Assembly (NCBI GenBank): GCA_902629695.1
Contig: CACORY010000001.1
Span: 28,566 to 92,565, forward strand
DNA: 64,000 bases
Source of the DNA: an uncultured Pelagibacteraceae bacterium
GTDB lineage: Bacteria > Pseudomonadota > Alphaproteobacteria > Pelagibacterales > Pelagibacteraceae
Direction: 5' to 3'
The position numbers and the translations under genes are program-made. Of this stretch, positions 50,901 to 62,809 are shown one piece after another; within the stretch, counting starts at the first letter, position 1, and every line of letters begins with the position of its first letter. Under the pieces are notes generated by a model, which worked only from the letters and a program-made list of their open reading frames with translations, searched no databases and was not told the origin of the DNA.

Positions 50901-52456
50901 TGACTTTGATATCGCCACCTCCTCATCACGATATATACTCAATAGAGGATTTAGCTCAATTAATATACGATTTAAAACAAATTAACCCAAAAGCAAGAAT
51001 TGGAGTTAAATTAGTTGCATCCTCAGGAGTAGGAACTATTGCAGCAGGTGTTGCTAAGGCAAACGCTGACATTATCCTAATTTCTGGTCATAACGGTGGA
51101 ACAGGTGCTACACCACAGACTAGTGTGAAGTACGTTGGTATTCCATGGGAAATGGGTCTGACTGAAGCTAATCAAGTCTTGACGTTAAATAATTTGAGAC
51201 ACAAAGTTACACTAAGAACTGATGGTGGAATAAAAACTGGTAGAGACGTCGTAATAGCTGCAATGATGGGTGCAGAGGAATATGGTGTAGCAACAACGGC
51301 TTTAGTTGCCATGGGATGTATAATGGTTAGACAGTGTCATTCGAATACATGTCCTGTAGGTGTTTGTACTCAAGATGAAAAATTAAGAGAAAAATTTACG
51401 GGAACACCAGATAAAATTGTTAATCTTTTTACTTTTATTGCCACAGAGGTTAGAGAAATTCTAGCAGAGTTAGGATTCAAGTCGTTAAATGAGATAATTG
51501 GCAGAACTGATTTATTAATGCAAGTTAGTAAAGCTTCGCCAAATTTAGATGATTTAGATTTAAATCCTTTATTTGTGCAAGCGGATCCTGGAAATAATAA
51601 AAGATACTGTGAATTAACAGTTATAAATGAAGTGCCAGATACATTAGATCAAGAAATTTGGCCTGAAATTGAAAAATATTTAGATAACTCAAAAAAAATT
51701 GAAAGAGAATTTTTAATTAAAAATACCAATAGAGCTGTAGGAACAAGAATTTCACACCATTTATATAAAAAATACGGAAATGAAAAACTTAAAGAAAATT
51801 TTTTAAATTTAAATTTTAAAGGTTCTGCTGGTCAATCATTTGGTGCATTTGCTTTAAAAGGTTTAAAACTAAATCTTAAAGGAGACGCTAATGATTATGT
51901 TGGAAAAGGATTGTCTGGTGCAACAATAACTATTAAAATTCCTGATGAAAGTAATTTAATTTCAAATAAAAATACAATAATTGGTAATACAGTACTTTAC
52001 GGAGCTACTTCTGGAAAACTTTTTGCAGCAGGTCAAGCAGGTGACAGATTTGCAGTAAGAAATTCAGGTGCAATAACAGTGATTGAAGGATGTGACTCGA
52101 ATGGTTGTGAGTATATGACAGGAGGCACAGCTGTAATTCTTGGTGATGTAGGGGATAATTTTGCTGCTGGAATGACTGGAGGTATGGCATTTATTTATGA
52201 TAAATCAAAAAGCTTTGATAAAAAAGTAAATCCAGAAAGTGTAGTTTGGCAAAATGTAGAAACCGATTATTGGAAGAAGTATCTTAAAGATTTAGTAAAA
52301 GAGCATTTTGAAGAAACAGAGTCATTTTTATCTGAAAATATAATTAAAAATTTTGATGAGGAAGTTGAAAATTTTGTACAAGTTTGTCCAAAAGAGATGA
52401 TCGGTAAACTTCAATATCCAATAACTTCAAAATTAGATATTCAAGAAGTTAGTTAA
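47951..52456 (+). CDS. gltB: Glutamate synthase large subunit
   Basis: HDACGVG, HQRFSTNT, QGAKPGEGGQLPG, CIMVRQCHSNTCPVG, GXGXG domain. Confidence 0.99.
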   Translation: MLNYKKNLELLTRNHVYSKEMEHDACGVGLIASTEGKKSRAVVEYGIEALKAVWHRGAVDADGKTGDGAGIHVEIPKDFFIEKIEVTGHDYDNSEICVGMIFLPRNDYSAQESCKTIVESELTKNNFSIYGWRQVPVNSKVLGEKAFQTMPEIIQVLFKSNDQNLLDKNLERKIYETRKKIENKAFNLSLNNFYVSSISSKSIIYKGMFLAEAISDFYLDLKDKRFISRYAIFHQRFSTNTAPSWSLAQPFRAVAHNGEINTYKGNKNWMKVHEQEMSSPLFDDVDNLKPVIQKGVSDSAALDNVFELLNKSGQPAPLAKLMLIPDAWSKKNKTLPKSHQQLFNFLNSTMEPWDGPAAIAATDNEWVIAANDRNGLRPLRYAITKDKLLFAGSETGMIELNEKKILSKGRLGPGEIIGVRIEKGKVFSNDQIKDYLAKEYKHFNSQIIDLDEKLVISNEKNNFEGEDLRRRQHTFGISIEDLELILHPMAEDAKEAIGSMGDDTPLAVLSDKYRPLYHFFRQNFSQVTNPPIDSLRENKVMSLKTRFGNLGNILDFDTLTKENIYVLNSPILSNSQFNKFINFFGKNSVLIECTFSHKENLFNSIKRIQKEAEIAVRQGATQLILSDKEISLDKLPMPMLLCVGAINTFLIEKKLRGYVSINVQSGEALDTHSFATLIGVGATTINPYLAFDSLYQRHEKKLFGQFSFDDCVSRYIKSVNAGLLKIMSKMGISVLSSYRGGCNFETVGLSRTIVNEYFPGVTSKISGIGLMGIEKKIHQIHEEAFKSTDNVLPIGGIYRYRKNGETHQYQGRLIHLLQSAVGSNSYSAYKKYVEGIYNLPPINLRDLIDFRKKKLGPQIDISEVEPIEKILKRFGSGSMSHGALSKEAHETLAIGMNRIKGASCSGEGGEDESRFKIMSDGDSANSRVKQIASARFGVTVNYLNNCNEIEIKIAQGAKPGEGGQLPGFKVTEEIAKLRHSTPGVTLISPPPHHDIYSIEDLAQLIYDLKQINPKARIGVKLVASSGVGTIAAGVAKANADIILISGHNGGTGATPQTSVKYVGIPWEMGLTEANQVLTLNNLRHKVTLRTDGGIKTGRDVVIAAMMGAEEYGVATTALVAMGCIMVRQCHSNTCPVGVCTQDEKLREKFTGTPDKIVNLFTFIATEVREILAELGFKSLNEIIGRTDLLMQVSKASPNLDDLDLNPLFVQADPGNNKRYCELTVINEVPDTLDQEIWPEIEKYLDNSKKIEREFLIKNTNRAVGTRISHHLYKKYGNEKLKENFLNLNFKGSAGQSFGAFALKGLKLNLKGDANDYVGKGLSGATITIKIPDESNLISNKNTIIGNTVLYGATSGKLFAAGQAGDRFAVRNSGAITVIEGCDSNGCEYMTGGTAVILGDVGDNFAAGMTGGMAFIYDKSKSFDKKVNPESVVWQNVETDYWKKYLKDLVKEHFEETESFLSENIIKNFDEEVENFVQVCPKEMIGKLQYPITSKLDIQEVS

Positions 52457-53196
52457 ATCATTAATTTAATTTCTTTTTTTATTATATTGAGCCATTTTGG
52501 TTTTGAAAGGCTATGATCACCACCTTTAATAATCACAAGTTTTTTTTCTGAATTCTTAAAAAGTCTTAAAATTTTCTTAGAGTAAATAATTGGTACAGAC
52601 TCATCATTTTTTCCATGTATCATAGTTATCTTAATATTTTGCAGATAAGATTTATTAAAAATTCTATTTTTTCTTCCATCTTTTATTAATTGGTAGGTAA
52701 TTGGATATTCATATTTTCCATGTCTTAAATTAATGACACCATTTTTTTTGATATCTCGTTGCATTTTTTTTGAAAACTTTTTCCACATTAATTTTTCTAA
52801 AAATTCAGGTGCAGATCCAATACCAACAAATCCAATAGTTTGTTTACTAAATTTTCTAATTAGGTTTAAAGTTATCCAAGCACCCATACTTGATCCAACA
52901 AAGATAATTTTATTTTTTTTTACAATTTTTTTTATCAAATAATTTGTTTGTTGGGTCCATTTTGAGATATTACCTTCAGTAAGTTTACCACTAGATTTAC
53001 CATGCCCTGAATATTCTAATGCTAAAAATCCAAGTTTATTCTGTCTTGCAAAAGTATTAAGAGTCTTTGGTTTTTTTCCCTCTAAATCTGACATAAATCC
53101 ATGTAGAAAAATCAGAAAAGTATTTTTTTTTTGAGAAATCTTTAAATATCTAATTTTTAGTAATTTATTTATTCTTATACTATTGAATTTAATCAT
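52453..53196 (-). CDS. Alpha/beta hydrolase
   Basis: FLHGFMSD, YSGHGKS, GSSMG, HGKNDESVP, GGDHSLS. Confidence 0.88.
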   Translation of the reverse strand: MIKFNSIRINKLLKIRYLKISQKKNTFLIFLHGFMSDLEGKKPKTLNTFARQNKLGFLALEYSGHGKSSGKLTEGNISKWTQQTNYLIKKIVKKNKIIFVGSSMGAWITLNLIRKFSKQTIGFVGIGSAPEFLEKLMWKKFSKKMQRDIKKNGVINLRHGKYEYPITYQLIKDGRKNRIFNKSYLQNIKITMIHGKNDESVPIIYSKKILRLFKNSEKKLVIIKGGDHSLSKPKWLNIIKKEIKLMI

Positions 53197-53238
53197 AAAA
53201 GTTTATTAGTTAAATCTATTATTATATAATCATACCAA

Positions 53239-54393
53239 ATGTCATCTAATTTAAAAGTTCTACAAGTTATTCCAAGGCTAGGATTTGGTGGAGCTGAAAC
53301 TGGCTGTTATGATATTGCTCATTATTTACCTGAAAATAATTGTGAGTCATTTGTTGCAACTAGTGGAGGAGAATTAGTTAAATTTGTAAATAAAAAAAAA
53401 GTTAAGATTATTAAATTACCCGTTCATAGTAAAAATCCACTAATGATACTTTTAAACGCAATAATATTAATTGGAATTATTTTGTTTTATAATATTTCTA
53501 TTGTTCATGCTCGAAGTCGCGCACCTGCATGGTCATGTTTATTTGCAACAAAACTTACGGGTAGAAAATTTGTTACAACTTATCATGGTACGTATAATTT
53601 CCGAGGTAAAATCAAAAAATTTTATAACTCAATTATGCTTAGATCAAATTTGATTATAGCAGGTTCGAATTTTATTTTTTCACATATAAAAAATAATTAC
53701 TCTGAATTAATCAATGTTAAAAAGAAACTTTTAGTAATATTTAGAGGCATAAATGTTGATTATTTTGATCCCTCTACAAAAATTGAGGAAGATGAAAAAA
53801 AACTTTTAAATAACTGGGGATTAAATAGAGAAAAGAAAATTATATTAATGCCAGGCCGGCTTACTGCTTGGAAGGGACAAGAATTATTTCTCAACGCAAT
53901 AAATTTAGTAAATATAGAACTTGGTTATGAGGCATTTTATGCTGTCATTTTGGGCAATGATCAAGGAAGAGATCAATATAAAAAAAAATTAATTGATTTA
54001 ACTAAAAAACACAAAATTACTAACCAAGTAAAATTTTTTGATCATTGTGAAGATATGGCTTTGGCTTACAAAATTTCAGATATAGTAGTTTCAGCTTCTG
54101 TTGAACCAGAGGCATTTGGTAGAGTTTCTGTTGAAACTCAATCAATGCAAAAACTAATAATAGCTAGTAATATTGGTGGATCTAATGAAACAATTATCGA
54201 TGAAAAAACTGGATTTTTATTTGAGTCTGGTGATCCAAAGTCATTAGCTAAACAAATTACGCGTGCTTTAACAATGGATGAAACCTCATTGAAAAAAATA
54301 GGCATTGAAGGTAGAAAAAACGTTATTAAAAAGTTTAATGTTGAAAAAATGTGTTTTTCTACTTATTCAGAGTATAAAAAATTAATTAATTAG
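53239..54393 (+). CDS. Glycosyltransferase family 4
   Basis: GGAE, HARSRAPAW, GRLTAWKGQ, EAFGRVSVE. Confidence 0.92.
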   Translation: MSSNLKVLQVIPRLGFGGAETGCYDIAHYLPENNCESFVATSGGELVKFVNKKKVKIIKLPVHSKNPLMILLNAIILIGIILFYNISIVHARSRAPAWSCLFATKLTGRKFVTTYHGTYNFRGKIKKFYNSIMLRSNLIIAGSNFIFSHIKNNYSELINVKKKLLVIFRGINVDYFDPSTKIEEDEKKLLNNWGLNREKKIILMPGRLTAWKGQELFLNAINLVNIELGYEAFYAVILGNDQGRDQYKKKLIDLTKKHKITNQVKFFDHCEDMALAYKISDIVVSASVEPEAFGRVSVETQSMQKLIIASNIGGSNETIIDEKTGFLFESGDPKSLAKQITRALTMDETSLKKIGIEGRKNVIKKFNVEKMCFSTYSEYKKLIN

Positions 54394-56310
54394 ATGGTTA
54401 CAATTACATTACCAAATGGAAACACTTTAAATTTCCCAAAAAAAGTTACAGGGTTAGAAATAGCTGAAAAAATTAGTAAATCATTAGCTAAACAAGCATT
54501 AATAATGAGTGTTAATGGAGAACTAAGAGATTTATATTTCACTATAGACAAAGATAGCTCTGTAAAAATTTTTACCGCGAAAGATCCTGAGGGACTTGAT
54601 GCAATTAGGCATGATACAACACATATAATGGCTATGGCTGTTCAAGAATTATTCCCAGGAACAAAACTAGCAATTGGCCCAGCGATAAAGGACGGGTTTT
54701 ATTATGATTTTAGTCGTGAAGAACCTTTTACTCCTAAAGATCTTGAGAAAATTGAGATTAAGATGAAAGAAATAATAGAAAAAGATGAAAAAACTAGAAG
54801 AGAAGTTTGGGGGCGAGAAGAAACAAAAATACATTATTCTAAGCTTGGAGAAAAATATAAAGTTGAACTTGTTGATATGATACCTGAAAACAACGAAGTT
54901 TCCATTTATTATCATGGTGACTGGTATGATCTTTGCAAAGGTCCCCACTTATTATCAACTGGAAGAATTGGTAAATATTTTAAATTAACAAAAGTAGCTG
55001 GTGCTTACTGGCGCGGAAACTCTGAAAATGAGATGCTTCAAAGAATATATGGTACTGGATGGGCTTCACAAAAAGATTTAGATGATTATTTAAAAAGAAT
55101 AGAAGAGGCAGAAAAAAGAGATCATAGAAAACTTGGTAAAGAAATGGATCTATTTCATTTTAGAGAAGAGAGTCCAGGATCTGTATTTTGGCATGAAAAA
55201 GGATGGGCATTATTTCAAAAATTAATCAATTATATGAGAGCAAGACAAGATGCAGCTGGATATAAAGAGGTTAATACTCCCGAGGTGTTGGATAGACAAT
55301 TATGGGAGAAATCGGGTCATTGGGAAAAGTATCGGGAAAACATGTATACTTCTCAGACACCTGATGAAAAAATTTTTGCAATAAAACCGATGAATTGTCC
55401 TGGCCATATTCAAGTTTTCAATCAAGGTCTTAAGAGCTACAGAGATTTGCCCTTAAGAATTACTGAGTTTGGGAAAGTTCACAGATATGAGCCATCTGGA
55501 GCTCTTCATGGATTATTAAGGGTAAGAGCTTTTACTCAAGATGATGCACATATATTTTGCTCTGAGGATCAAATTACAAGTGAGTGTCTGGAGGTAACTA
55601 ATTTAATTTTAAGTATTTACAAAGATCTAGGTTTTGAAAATGTAATACTTAAATATGCTGATAGACCTGAGGTAAGAGTTGGAGAAGATAAAGTTTGGGA
55701 CAAAGCAGAAGCATCTCTACTTGAAGCAGTAAAAGCATCTAAATTAGAATATAGCATTAATAAAGGTGAAGGTGCATTTTATGGTCCAAAAATTGAATTT
55801 GTTTTAAGAGATGCGATTGGAAGAGACTGGCAGTGTGGAACTTTACAAGTAGATTTAAATCTTCCAGGCAGACTAGACGCTTCATATGTAGATAAAGATG
55901 GCACAAAAAAAGTTCCTGTAATGCTTCACCGTGCTTTATTTGGATCATTAGAGAGATTTATTGGAATTTTGATAGAAAATTATGCAGGAAAATTTCCTTT
56001 TTGGATATCACCTTTACAAACAGTGGTAATTCCTATCTCAGAAGATTTTAATGATTATGCAAAAAAAGTATCTGATCAAATTAAACAAGCAGGCATGAGC
56101 TCATTTGTTGATTTAAAAAATCATAATTTAAATTATAAAATAAGAGATCATTCTTTAGCTAAGATACCGATTTTATTAATTTGTGGTAAAAAAGAAGTTG
56201 ACTCTAACTCAGTAACCATTAGAAGATTGGATTCTAATAGACAAGAAAATATGGAACTAAAAAAATTCTTAAAAACATTCTCTGCTTTGAACAAAGTATC
56301 TCAAAATTAA
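54394..56310 (+). CDS. thrS: Threonine-tRNA ligase
   Basis: TGS domain, GAYWRG, RDHRKLG, KPMNCPGH, GAFYGPK, HRALFGSLERF. Confidence 0.99.
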   Translation: MVTITLPNGNTLNFPKKVTGLEIAEKISKSLAKQALIMSVNGELRDLYFTIDKDSSVKIFTAKDPEGLDAIRHDTTHIMAMAVQELFPGTKLAIGPAIKDGFYYDFSREEPFTPKDLEKIEIKMKEIIEKDEKTRREVWGREETKIHYSKLGEKYKVELVDMIPENNEVSIYYHGDWYDLCKGPHLLSTGRIGKYFKLTKVAGAYWRGNSENEMLQRIYGTGWASQKDLDDYLKRIEEAEKRDHRKLGKEMDLFHFREESPGSVFWHEKGWALFQKLINYMRARQDAAGYKEVNTPEVLDRQLWEKSGHWEKYRENMYTSQTPDEKIFAIKPMNCPGHIQVFNQGLKSYRDLPLRITEFGKVHRYEPSGALHGLLRVRAFTQDDAHIFCSEDQITSECLEVTNLILSIYKDLGFENVILKYADRPEVRVGEDKVWDKAEASLLEAVKASKLEYSINKGEGAFYGPKIEFVLRDAIGRDWQCGTLQVDLNLPGRLDASYVDKDGTKKVPVMLHRALFGSLERFIGILIENYAGKFPFWISPLQTVVIPISEDFNDYAKKVSDQIKQAGMSSFVDLKNHNLNYKIRDHSLAKIPILLICGKKEVDSNSVTIRRLDSNRQENMELKKFLKTFSALNKVSQN

Positions 56311-56856
56311 GTGGCAGATTTTAAACAAAATTATTTTCAAAGAAGAACCAAAGATCGTGGGCCGCGATACAATAACAGAATTTCATCACCTGAAGTGCAA
56401 GTAATTACCAGCGATGGAGAAAATTTAGGAACTTTAAATACTAATGAAGCAATAACAATGGCAAAAAATCAAGGTCTTGATTTGATTGAAATAGCTCCAA
56501 ATGCAAATCCGCCGGTATGTAAAATAATGGATATGGGAAAGTTCAAGTATGATGCTCAAAAAAAAGCAAACCAGGCAAAAAAGAAACAAAAAATTATATC
56601 TCTAAAAGAGATTAAGATGAGACCAGTTACAGAGACACATGATTATGAATTTAAGGTTAAAAATGCAAAAAAATTTATAGCTAAGGGAGACAAAGTAAAG
56701 TTTACAATTAGATTTAAAGGACGTGAACTTCAGCACTCTCATTTAGGAAATGAACTTATGAGCAAAATTAAAGAGGATATGAAAGATATAGGAAAGGTAG
56801 AATTACATCCAAAATTTGATGGCAAACAAATGATAATGGTTATTCAGCCTTTATAG
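56311..56856 (+). CDS. infC: Translation initiation factor IF-3
   Basis: LDLIEIAPNANPPVCKIMD, KEIKMRP, GDKVK..IRFKGRE. Confidence 0.97.
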   Translation: MADFKQNYFQRRTKDRGPRYNNRISSPEVQVITSDGENLGTLNTNEAITMAKNQGLDLIEIAPNANPPVCKIMDMGKFKYDAQKKANQAKKKQKIISLKEIKMRPVTETHDYEFKVKNAKKFIAKGDKVKFTIRFKGRELQHSHLGNELMSKIKEDMKDIGKVELHPKFDGKQMIMVIQPL

Positions 56857-56909
56857 GCTTTAATAGAGGTTGTAAAATATTATCATTCTTTGTATAACCT
56901 CGCTCAATT

Positions 56910-57116
56910 ATGCCAAAATTAAAAACAAAAAGCTCAGCAAAAAAAAGATTTAAAATTTCAGCAAGGGGAAAAGTGATTATGTCTCAAGCTGGAAAAAGAC
57001 ATGGCATGATTAAGAGAACAAATTCTCAGATTAGAAAATTAAGGGGCACTACAACGATGTCAAAACAAGACGGTAAAATTGTAAAATCGTATATGCCATA
57101 CAGTTTAAGAGGTTAA
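56910..57116 (+). CDS. rpmI: 50S ribosomal protein L35
   Basis: [19 protein letters not shown]. Confidence 0.97.
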   Translation: MPKLKTKSSAKKRFKISARGKVIMSQAGKRHGMIKRTNSQIRKLRGTTTMSKQDGKIVKSYMPYSLRG

Positions 57117-57117
57117 A

Positions 57118-57474
57118 ATGGCAAGAGTTAAAAGAGGCGTAACTAGCAGAGCAAAGCATAAAAAAGTTTTTAAAGCTGTAAAAGGTCAATGGGGCAGAAG
57201 AAAAAATACAATTAGAGTTGCTAAACAAGCAATGGAAAAGGCAATGCAGTATGCCTATAGAGATCGTAGAAACAAGAAAAGAGATTTTAAATCTTTATGG
57301 ATACAAAGAATAAATGCTGGCGTGAGAGCAGAAGGTCTTACTTACTCTAAATTTATTAATGGATTGAATAAGTGTGGTATAAAAATTGACAGAAAAATTC
57401 TAGCTGAGATAGCTTATGATAGCCCACAGGCCTTTAAAATTATAGTCCAAAAAGCACAATCTGCATTAAATTAA
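57118..57474 (+). CDS. rplT: 50S ribosomal protein L20
   Basis: [22 protein letters not shown]. Confidence 0.99.
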   Translation: MARVKRGVTSRAKHKKVFKAVKGQWGRRKNTIRVAKQAMEKAMQYAYRDRRNKKRDFKSLWIQRINAGVRAEGLTYSKFINGLNKCGIKIDRKILAEIAYDSPQAFKIIVQKAQSALN

Positions 57475-57517
57475 TCTTCGCTATTGTTTTATTTCCCTGA
57501 AGAAATAATCTGTGAAA

Positions 57518-58585
57518 ATGTCAGATCTTAAAAAAATAAAAGAAGAATTTTTATCAAAACTTAAAAAGAAATTAAATTTCTCAGAAATTAATCAAATCAA
57601 ATCTGATTTATTTGGTAAAAATGGATTAGTTTCGTTGCAATTCAAAAAAATTGGAACGTTAGCTGAGTCAGAGAGAAAAAAATTTGCCTCTGATCTTAAT
57701 ATAATCAAAGATGAATTGCAGAGTTTGATCAATTCAAAAATGGATGAAATTCAAAGTGCTGAGATTAATGAAAAGCTTGAAAAGGAGAAAATTGATATCA
57801 CTTTACCTGAGAGACCATTTCTAAAAGGTAAAATTCATCCAGTATCACAAACAATTGATGAAATATCATCTATCTTTTCTGAAATAGGTTTTAGTGTCGA
57901 GGAAGGTCCTGATGTCGAAAATGAATATAATAATTTTACAGCATTAAATACCCCTGATAATCATCCTGCGAGAGATATGCACGACACATTCTATCTTGAT
58001 GAAAAAAAAGAAAAATTACTGCGTACACACACTTCTCCTGTTCAAATAAGGACTATGCTAAAAAGCAAGCCACCTTTTAAAATTATCGCACCTGGAAGAA
58101 CTTATAGATCTGATAGTGATCAAACGCATTCTCCAATGTTTCATCAAGTCGAAGGTCTTTATATTGATAAAGATGTAAACATGGGTCATTTAAAAGGTTG
58201 TTTGAATTACTTTATCAAAGAGTTTTTTGAGGTAGATAAAATTAAAATGAGATTTAGACCGAGTCATTTCCCTTTCACAGAACCTTCTGCAGAAGTTGAT
58301 ATAGGATACAAAATTAAAGATGGGAGAATAATAATAGGAGAGGGTGATAAATGGCTTGAAATTTTAGGATGTGGAATGGTTCATCCTAATGTCTTAAAAA
58401 ATGTAAAAGTTAATCCATCAAAATTTCAGGGATATGCATTTGGTATAGGAATAGATAGATTGGCTATGCTAAAATATGGAATTAATGATTTAAGATCTTT
58501 TTTTGATTGTGATTATAGATGGTTAAATCATTATGGGTTTGATCCTTTAGACGTGCCAACAAATTATAGAGGCTTGAGTAGATGA
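57518..58585 (+). CDS. pheS: Phenylalanine-tRNA ligase alpha subunit
   Basis: [34 protein letters not shown]. Confidence 0.99.
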   Translation: MSDLKKIKEEFLSKLKKKLNFSEINQIKSDLFGKNGLVSLQFKKIGTLAESERKKFASDLNIIKDELQSLINSKMDEIQSAEINEKLEKEKIDITLPERPFLKGKIHPVSQTIDEISSIFSEIGFSVEEGPDVENEYNNFTALNTPDNHPARDMHDTFYLDEKKEKLLRTHTSPVQIRTMLKSKPPFKIIAPGRTYRSDSDQTHSPMFHQVEGLYIDKDVNMGHLKGCLNYFIKEFFEVDKIKMRFRPSHFPFTEPSAEVDIGYKIKDGRIIIGEGDKWLEILGCGMVHPNVLKNVKVNPSKFQGYAFGIGIDRLAMLKYGINDLRSFFDCDYRWLNHYGFDPLDVPTNYRGLSR

Positions 58586-60990
58586 AGATCACATTTGATT
58601 GGCTAAGAGATCATTTAAAGACAAATTTAAAAGAAAAAAATCTTTTAAACCAACTCACGAATATTGGACTAGAGGTCGAAAGTGTAGAAAATTTATCTGC
58701 AGAGAATGAGTTATTTAAAGTAGCAAAAATCATTAAAACCGAGAAACACCCTAATGCAGATCGACTTAAAGTCTGTGATGTTGACATTGGAAATAAAAAT
58801 ATAAAAAAGGTTGTATGTGGGGCTTCGAATGCAAAAGAGGGATTAATTACCGTTTATGCTCCTCCTGGCGCAATCATTCCTAAGACTAAAACAAAACTAG
58901 TAGTAGCTAAAATCAGAGGTATTACTTCTTATGGAATGCTTTGTTCTGAGTCTGAATTAAATTTATCAGATAAAAAAGATGGTATCACAGAATTGTTGAA
59001 ATCTAAATATGAAAGAAATATTGGTAAAAATTTCTTTTCAAAGTCAAAAACAAATATTATTGATTTATCAATTACGCCAAACAGACCAGATTGTTTAGGT
59101 ATTAGAGGAATTGCTAGAGATCTTGCTGCCTCTGGTTTTGGTAAATTAAAAGATATAAAAAAAGAAAAGATTAAATCAAAGATAAAACAAACTCTTAAAG
59201 TAAAAATTAATAAAGAGAAAAAACAAGGATGTAGTATTTTTGGAAGTTGTTTGATTACAAACGTTAAAAATACAGAAAGCCCACAATGGTTAAAAGATAA
59301 ATTGGTTTCTGTTGGTCAAAAACCAATTTCCGCAATTGTTGATATAACCAACTATGTTATGCTTGATATCAATCGACCATTACACGCATATGATGTAGAT
59401 AAAATTGAAAAAGGTATAATTGTTAGAAACTCTAAATCTGGTGAAGAATTTACAGCCTTAGATAACAAAAAATATAAATTAGAAAATGGCATGTGTGTTA
59501 TTAGCGATAATAAAGGCGTTTTAGGATTGGGAGGAATTATTGGAGGAACAAGGTCAGGTACAGAATTTGATACAAAAAATATATTATTAGAATCTGCTTA
59601 TTTTGACCCTATATCAATAAGAAAAACTGCTAAAAAGTTAAATCTTGATACAGATGCAAAATTTAGATTTGAAAGGGGCATTGACCCATTTTCTATCGAG
59701 GATGGTTTAAATAAAGCAGCTTCTCTAATTAAAGAAATATGCGGTGGTGAAATAAGCAAAATAGATGTTCAAAAATTTGAAAATTTTAAAAATAAAATTA
59801 TCAAGTTTGATCCTAATTTGTTTGAAAAGGTATCAGGTTTTAAAATTTCCACCAAAGAAATGTTTAAAGTGTTAGAAGATCTTGGTTTTAAATTGAAAAA
59901 AGAGAGAAAATATTTGAAATTAACTATTCCATCATGGAGACCTGACATTTCACAAGAAGTTGATATTGTAGAGGAATTGGTGAGAATCATTGGTTATGAC
60001 AAAATAAGCACTATAGACCCAATTAAAGAAAGAACAAAATCTACTTTAACGCAAACTCAAAAGTTATTTCATTTCTTACAGAGATCGATCGCTTCCAAAG
60101 GCTATTTGGAAACAATTACTTGGTCATTCACTGACGCAAATTACAATAATTATTTTAAAGATAGATTTAAAGAAATTAAGATAATAAATCCTATTAGTTC
60201 CGAATTAGGAGTTTTAAGAAATTCTATATACTCAAATTTAATAATGTTTATGAGCAAAAATCTTGATAGAGGATTTAAAGATCTATCAATCTTTGAAATA
60301 GGTCCAGTTTTTACTGGCTCTAATCCTGGCGAACAAAATACAATCATTTGTGGATTATCGGCAGGTAAAAAATCTAGATTATCCTGGATTGAAAAAGAAA
60401 GAAATTTTGATGTATTTGATGCAAAAAAAGATGTAGTTCAGACATTGGTTGAAGCAGGCTATAACTCTGATAAGTTTTTTATAGATAGTGAGACACCTAA
60501 TTATTATCATCCTGGTAAATCAGGTAGATTATTTTTAAATGAAAGAAAAGACCAAGTAGCCGCGTATTTTGGTGAAATTCATCCCAATATTTTGAAGAAA
60601 ATTGATGTAAAAACAGACTCACTAATAGGATTTGAAATTTATTTAGATAATTTAAACTTACCAAAAAAATCATTAAATGATCAAAAAACAAAGTTTGTTA
60701 TTTCAGATTACCAAAAATCAGAACGAGATTTTGCGTTTGTTGTAAATAAAGATGTAAACGCTCAAGACTTAATTAATACCATTTCTAATATAGACCAAAA
60801 TTTAATAAGCAATATAAAAGTTTTTGATGTTTATGAAGGCGACAATATTCCTGAAAATCAAAAATCAATAGCAATTAATGTAACAATCCAATCTTTTGAT
60901 AAAACATTAAATGATAACGATTTGGAAAAAATTAATAATCTTATTATAAAGACAGTTGAAGATAAGACTGGTGCTAAAATAAGATCCTAA
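58582..60990 (+). CDS. pheT: Phenylalanine-tRNA ligase beta subunit
   Basis: [27 protein letters not shown]. Confidence 0.98.
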   Translation: MKITFDWLRDHLKTNLKEKNLLNQLTNIGLEVESVENLSAENELFKVAKIIKTEKHPNADRLKVCDVDIGNKNIKKVVCGASNAKEGLITVYAPPGAIIPKTKTKLVVAKIRGITSYGMLCSESELNLSDKKDGITELLKSKYERNIGKNFFSKSKTNIIDLSITPNRPDCLGIRGIARDLAASGFGKLKDIKKEKIKSKIKQTLKVKINKEKKQGCSIFGSCLITNVKNTESPQWLKDKLVSVGQKPISAIVDITNYVMLDINRPLHAYDVDKIEKGIIVRNSKSGEEFTALDNKKYKLENGMCVISDNKGVLGLGGIIGGTRSGTEFDTKNILLESAYFDPISIRKTAKKLNLDTDAKFRFERGIDPFSIEDGLNKAASLIKEICGGEISKIDVQKFENFKNKIIKFDPNLFEKVSGFKISTKEMFKVLEDLGFKLKKERKYLKLTIPSWRPDISQEVDIVEELVRIIGYDKISTIDPIKERTKSTLTQTQKLFHFLQRSIASKGYLETITWSFTDANYNNYFKDRFKEIKIINPISSELGVLRNSIYSNLIMFMSKNLDRGFKDLSIFEIGPVFTGSNPGEQNTIICGLSAGKKSRLSWIEKERNFDVFDAKKDVVQTLVEAGYNSDKFFIDSETPNYYHPGKSGRLFLNERKDQVAAYFGEIHPNILKKIDVKTDSLIGFEIYLDNLNLPKKSLNDQKTKFVISDYQKSERDFAFVVNKDVNAQDLINTISNIDQNLISNIKVFDVYEGDNIPENQKSIAINVTIQSFDKTLNDNDLEKINNLIIKTVEDKTGAKIRS

Positions 60991-60997
60991 AACTTTA

Positions 60998-62806
60998 ATG
61001 AATACAATTGATAATATAAGAAATTTTTCAATAATTGCTCATATTGACCATGGCAAATCAACAATAGCTGATAGAATTATTCATAGGTGTGGTGGTTTAA
61101 GTGAAAGAGAAATGAAGGCACAGGTTTTAGACTCAATGGACATTGAAAGAGAAAGAGGAATAACTATCAAAGCTCAAACAGTAAAACTTAACTATAAGGC
61201 AAAAAATGGAAAAGATTATATTTTCAACATCATAGATACTCCCGGACATGTTGACTTTAGTTATGAAGTAAGTAGATCACTTTATGCATGCGAGGGTTCG
61301 ATATTAATTGTTGATAGCACCCAAGGGGTTGAAGCACAAACTTTAGCAAATGTTTATCAAGCTTTAGATATTAATCATGAAATTATTCCAGTATTAAATA
61401 AAATTGATTTACCAGCATCAGATTTAGATAGAACTAGTAAACAAATTGAGGATGTTATCGGCATTGATACGCAAAATGCAATTCCATGTTCAGGTAAAAC
61501 TGGGGAGGGGATAGATGATATTTTAGAACAAATAGTAAATCAATTACCTGGGCCAAAAGGAAATTTAGAAAAAGATTTAAAATGTTTATTGGTTGATAGT
61601 TGGTACGATACATACCTTGGAGTGGTAATATTAGTCAGAGTAATAAACGGTAAAATTATTAAAAATATGAGAATAAAAATGTTATCAACAAATCAAGATT
61701 ATGTTGTTGAAAAAGTTGGTGTGTTCACACCTAAACCAAAAGATATTAATGAATTAAATGCTGGTGAAATTGGTTTTATAACTACGGGTATAAAAGTTCT
61801 ATCTGAGACAAAAGTAGGAGACACTATTTGTGATGCGTCGAAACCAGTTATCGAAGCTCTACCAGGATTTAAACCAAGTAAACCTGTTGTTTTTTGTGGA
61901 CTTTTTCCAGTTGATAGTTCTGAATATCAAAAACTTAAAGATGGCTTAGCTAAATTACAATTAAATGATGCAAGTTTTTCATACGAAGCCGAGTCTTCTT
62001 CTGCTCTAGGATTAGGTTTTAGATGTGGATTTTTAGGTTTACTCCATCTTGAGATAATTACAGAAAGGCTAGAAAGAGAATTTGATGTAAATTTGCTTAC
62101 AACAACCCCTGGCGTTGTTTATAAAGTAAACTTAAATAATGGAAAAATAGTTGATTTACAAAATCCCTCAAGTTTACCTGATCCTACACACATCAAATTT
62201 ATTGAGGAGCCATGGATTAAAGCAACGATAATAACACCAGATGAGTACTTAGGTTCAATAATAAAATTATGTCAGGATAAAAGAGGAATACAGACTAATT
62301 TAAGTTATTCGGGAAATAGAGCAGTGTTAACTTACGAATTACCATTGAATGAAGTCGTATTCGATTTTAATGATAGAATAAAGTCAATGACTAGTGGATA
62401 TGCAAGTTTTGATTATGAGATAATTGGTCATAGAGAGGGTGATTTAGTAAAACTTGGAATACTGGTAAATGGGGAACCTGTTGACGCATTAGCTATGATG
62501 ATACATAAAGATTTTGCTCAAAGAACTGGAAGAGAAGTGTGTGAAAAATTAAAAGATTTAATCCCAAGACATAATTTTATGATACCAGTACAAGCAGCCA
62601 TAGGGGGTAAAATTATTGCTAGAGAAACAATTAAAGGTTTTAAAAAAGATGTTTTAACAAAAATTCACGGCGGAGGTGCTACTGACAGAAAAAGAAAACT
62701 TTTAGAAAAACAAAAAAAGGGCAAGGCAAAGTCAAAACAATTTGGAAAAGTTGAGATACCCCAAGAAGCATTTATTGGAGTTTTAAAAATAAATAAAGAA
62801 AAATAG
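60998..62806 (+). CDS. lepA: Elongation factor 4
   Basis: [43 protein letters not shown]. Confidence 0.99.
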   Translation: MNTIDNIRNFSIIAHIDHGKSTIADRIIHRCGGLSEREMKAQVLDSMDIERERGITIKAQTVKLNYKAKNGKDYIFNIIDTPGHVDFSYEVSRSLYACEGSILIVDSTQGVEAQTLANVYQALDINHEIIPVLNKIDLPASDLDRTSKQIEDVIGIDTQNAIPCSGKTGEGIDDILEQIVNQLPGPKGNLEKDLKCLLVDSWYDTYLGVVILVRVINGKIIKNMRIKMLSTNQDYVVEKVGVFTPKPKDINELNAGEIGFITTGIKVLSETKVGDTICDASKPVIEALPGFKPSKPVVFCGLFPVDSSEYQKLKDGLAKLQLNDASFSYEAESSSALGLGFRCGFLGLLHLEIITERLEREFDVNLLTTTPGVVYKVNLNNGKIVDLQNPSSLPDPTHIKFIEEPWIKATIITPDEYLGSIIKLCQDKRGIQTNLSYSGNRAVLTYELPLNEVVFDFNDRIKSMTSGYASFDYEIIGHREGDLVKLGILVNGEPVDALAMMIHKDFAQRTGREVCEKLKDLIPRHNFMIPVQAAIGGKIIARETIKGFKKDVLTKIHGGGATDRKRKLLEKQKKGKAKSKQFGKVEIPQEAFIGVLKINKEK

Positions 62807-62809
62807 TAA

